Below are positions 62,778 to 64,000 of a DNA stretch of 64,000 nt, piece after piece (position 1 is the first letter of the stretch; each line of letters begins with the position of its first letter). Origin of the DNA: an uncultured SAR86 cluster bacterium (lineage in GTDB: Bacteria; Pseudomonadota; Gammaproteobacteria; Magnimaribacterales; D2472). The DNA lies in the NCBI GenBank assembly GCA_902563835.1, contig CACEZB010000001.1:42217-106216 (forward strand), given 5' to 3'. The notes under the pieces were generated by a model that saw only the letters and a list, made by a program, of their open reading frames with translations, made no database searches and was not told the origin of the DNA. A program made the position numbers and the translations under genes.

Positions 62778-63338
62778 TTGAAACATAAATCTTTAAATTT
62801 AGACTCATCTGCAGAGTGGCTTAAGGAAGGAAAAATTTTAATACATCCAACTGAATCAGTTTGGGGGCTTGGTTGTGATGCATTCAACCCAAAACCTGTT
62901 AGCGATATATTTAAAATAAAAAAGAGAAGTAAAAACAAGAGCTTTATTTTGCTTACAAAGTCCTTAGAATCTGTTGAAAATTACCTCCAAGATATAAATA
63001 AAGAAGATATAAAATATTTACACAAATATTGGCCTGGACCTTACACATTTTTAATTAAATATAATGATAAATTACCAAAACATTTATGGAATGAAACACA
63101 TAAAATAGCTATAAGAGTGAGTAATCACTTACCTATAAAGTCACTTTTTAATTCATTCTCAGGTATTATGGTATCTACGTCAGCAAATATATCTGGACAA
63201 AAGAATTTACAAAATCCAGAAGAGATTATTGATTTTTTTGAACATGATGGGATGGCATACTATGATGAATTATTGGGCACAAATAAAAGCCCTTCCAGAA
63301 TAATTGATTTAGAAACTAAAGCTGTTATACGAGCATAA
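62778..63338 (+). CDS. tsaC: L-threonylcarbamoyladenylate synthase (TsaC/YrdC family)
   Basis: 186 aa with HPTESVWGLGCDA and STSANISG motifs. TTG start. Confidence 0.85.
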   Translation: MKHKSLNLDSSAEWLKEGKILIHPTESVWGLGCDAFNPKPVSDIFKIKKRSKNKSFILLTKSLESVENYLQDINKEDIKYLHKYWPGPYTFLIKYNDKLPKHLWNETHKIAIRVSNHLPIKSLFNSFSGIMVSTSANISGQKNLQNPEEIIDFFEHDGMAYYDELLGTNKSPSRIIDLETKAVIRA

Positions 63339-63340
63339 AA

Positions 63341-64000
63341 ATGACTGTTAAATTAGAAAAGCACTTTAAGAATATCCAATCCACTATTTATAATAGTTTT
63401 GAAGAATTAGAGACCTCTAATACAGTAAATATATCTAAAGATTCATGGAAAAGACCTGAGGGCGGTGAAGGAAAAACTATTGTGTTGGCTGATGGCAGTT
63501 TCTTTGATAATTGTGCAGTAAATTATTCATCAATTTTCGGGAAAGATCTACCTGAAGCAGCTTTAGCTAATTCACTTAATAAAGATACAAAATTTGGTTA
63601 TCAGGCAATGGGGGTTTCTGTTATCTCTCATCCAAAGAATCCACACATACCAACAAGCCATATGAATGTAAGACTTTTCGGTATTTTAGACAAGAAAGGT
63701 AAGATGACGGATTGGTGGATTGGAGGAGGATATGACTTAACTCCTTTTATACCATACCAAGATGATATTTTAGCTTGGCATAAATCTGCTAAAAAAAATT
63801 TAGATAGCTGGAATACTGGCTTTTATAAAATCTTCTCTGATAATTGCAATAATTACTTTAATATTCCTCATAGGAATGAAAGAAGGGGCGTAGGAGGTAT
63901 TTTTTTTGATAATTTATCAGAATTTAGTGTTGAAAAAAGTATTGATTTCCTTAAATCAGTAGCCTTATGTTATTTAGACTCATACTTAAAAATTGTAAAT
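63341..64000 (+). CDS. hemF: oxygen-dependent coproporphyrinogen III oxidase, N-terminal part (runs off the window)
   Basis: Hand translation gives ...WKRPEGGEGKT...HPKNPHIPTSHMNVR...WWIGGGYDLTP...RNERRGVGGIFFD. Open to the window end. Confidence 0.88.
   Translation, partial: MTVKLEKHFKNIQSTIYNSFEELETSNTVNISKDSWKRPEGGEGKTIVLADGSFFDNCAVNYSSIFGKDLPEAALANSLNKDTKFGYQAMGVSVISHPKNPHIPTSHMNVRLFGILDKKGKMTDWWIGGGYDLTPFIPYQDDILAWHKSAKKNLDSWNTGFYKIFSDNCNNYFNIPHRNERRGVGGIFFDNLSEFSVEKSIDFLKSVALCYLDSYLKIVN

Overview
AT-rich (about 30% G+C by hand spot counts) chromosome segment with gammaproteobacterial synteny, covering the neighbourhood of the replication origin. Positions 1-26.3 kb are mostly minus-strand housekeeping and accessory metabolism genes: SDR/MDR oxidoreductases, an NMO, an M20 amidohydrolase, a crotonase, DUF885, a saccharopine-DH plus ALDH lysine-catabolism pair, a beta-helix/diheme-cytochrome/DUF2147 cluster, an FMO plus fatty-acid hydroxylase pair, GFA and VOC paralogues, MGMT and SMR. 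Positions 31.7-49.3 kb hold the classical block glmS-glmU-atpCDGAHFEBI-parB-parA-rsmG-mnmG-mnmE-yidC-rnpA-rpmH, all on the minus strand. This is followed on the plus strand by dnaA-dnaN-recF-gyrB, then plsC, glyQS, lpxL, trkH/trkA, fmt, def, purE, tsaC and a partial hemF. The part worth attention is a 5.4-kb accessory island (26.29-31.73 kb) lying exactly at the 3' end of glmS, the attTn7-equivalent locus. It has no integrase or transposase. It is subdivided by short repeats that read as the GlmS C-terminus plus a stop codon, by a UACG-loop hairpin family, by a perfect 24-bp inverted repeat, and by one cleanly delimited 1.5-kb insertion with att-like architecture. Its cargo is a GIY-YIG nuclease with an unassigned N-terminal region, two paralogous basic proteins that share a selected C-terminal QGGSPGLGK motif, two tiny hydrophobic ORFs, three small secreted or membrane proteins, and a MORN-variant lipoprotein. 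A second anomaly is a roughly 9-kb block (parB to dnaA) with higher G+C. Its strand composition flips in mirror image at the mnmG|mnmE intergenic region. No rRNA, tRNA or CRISPR array was seen.
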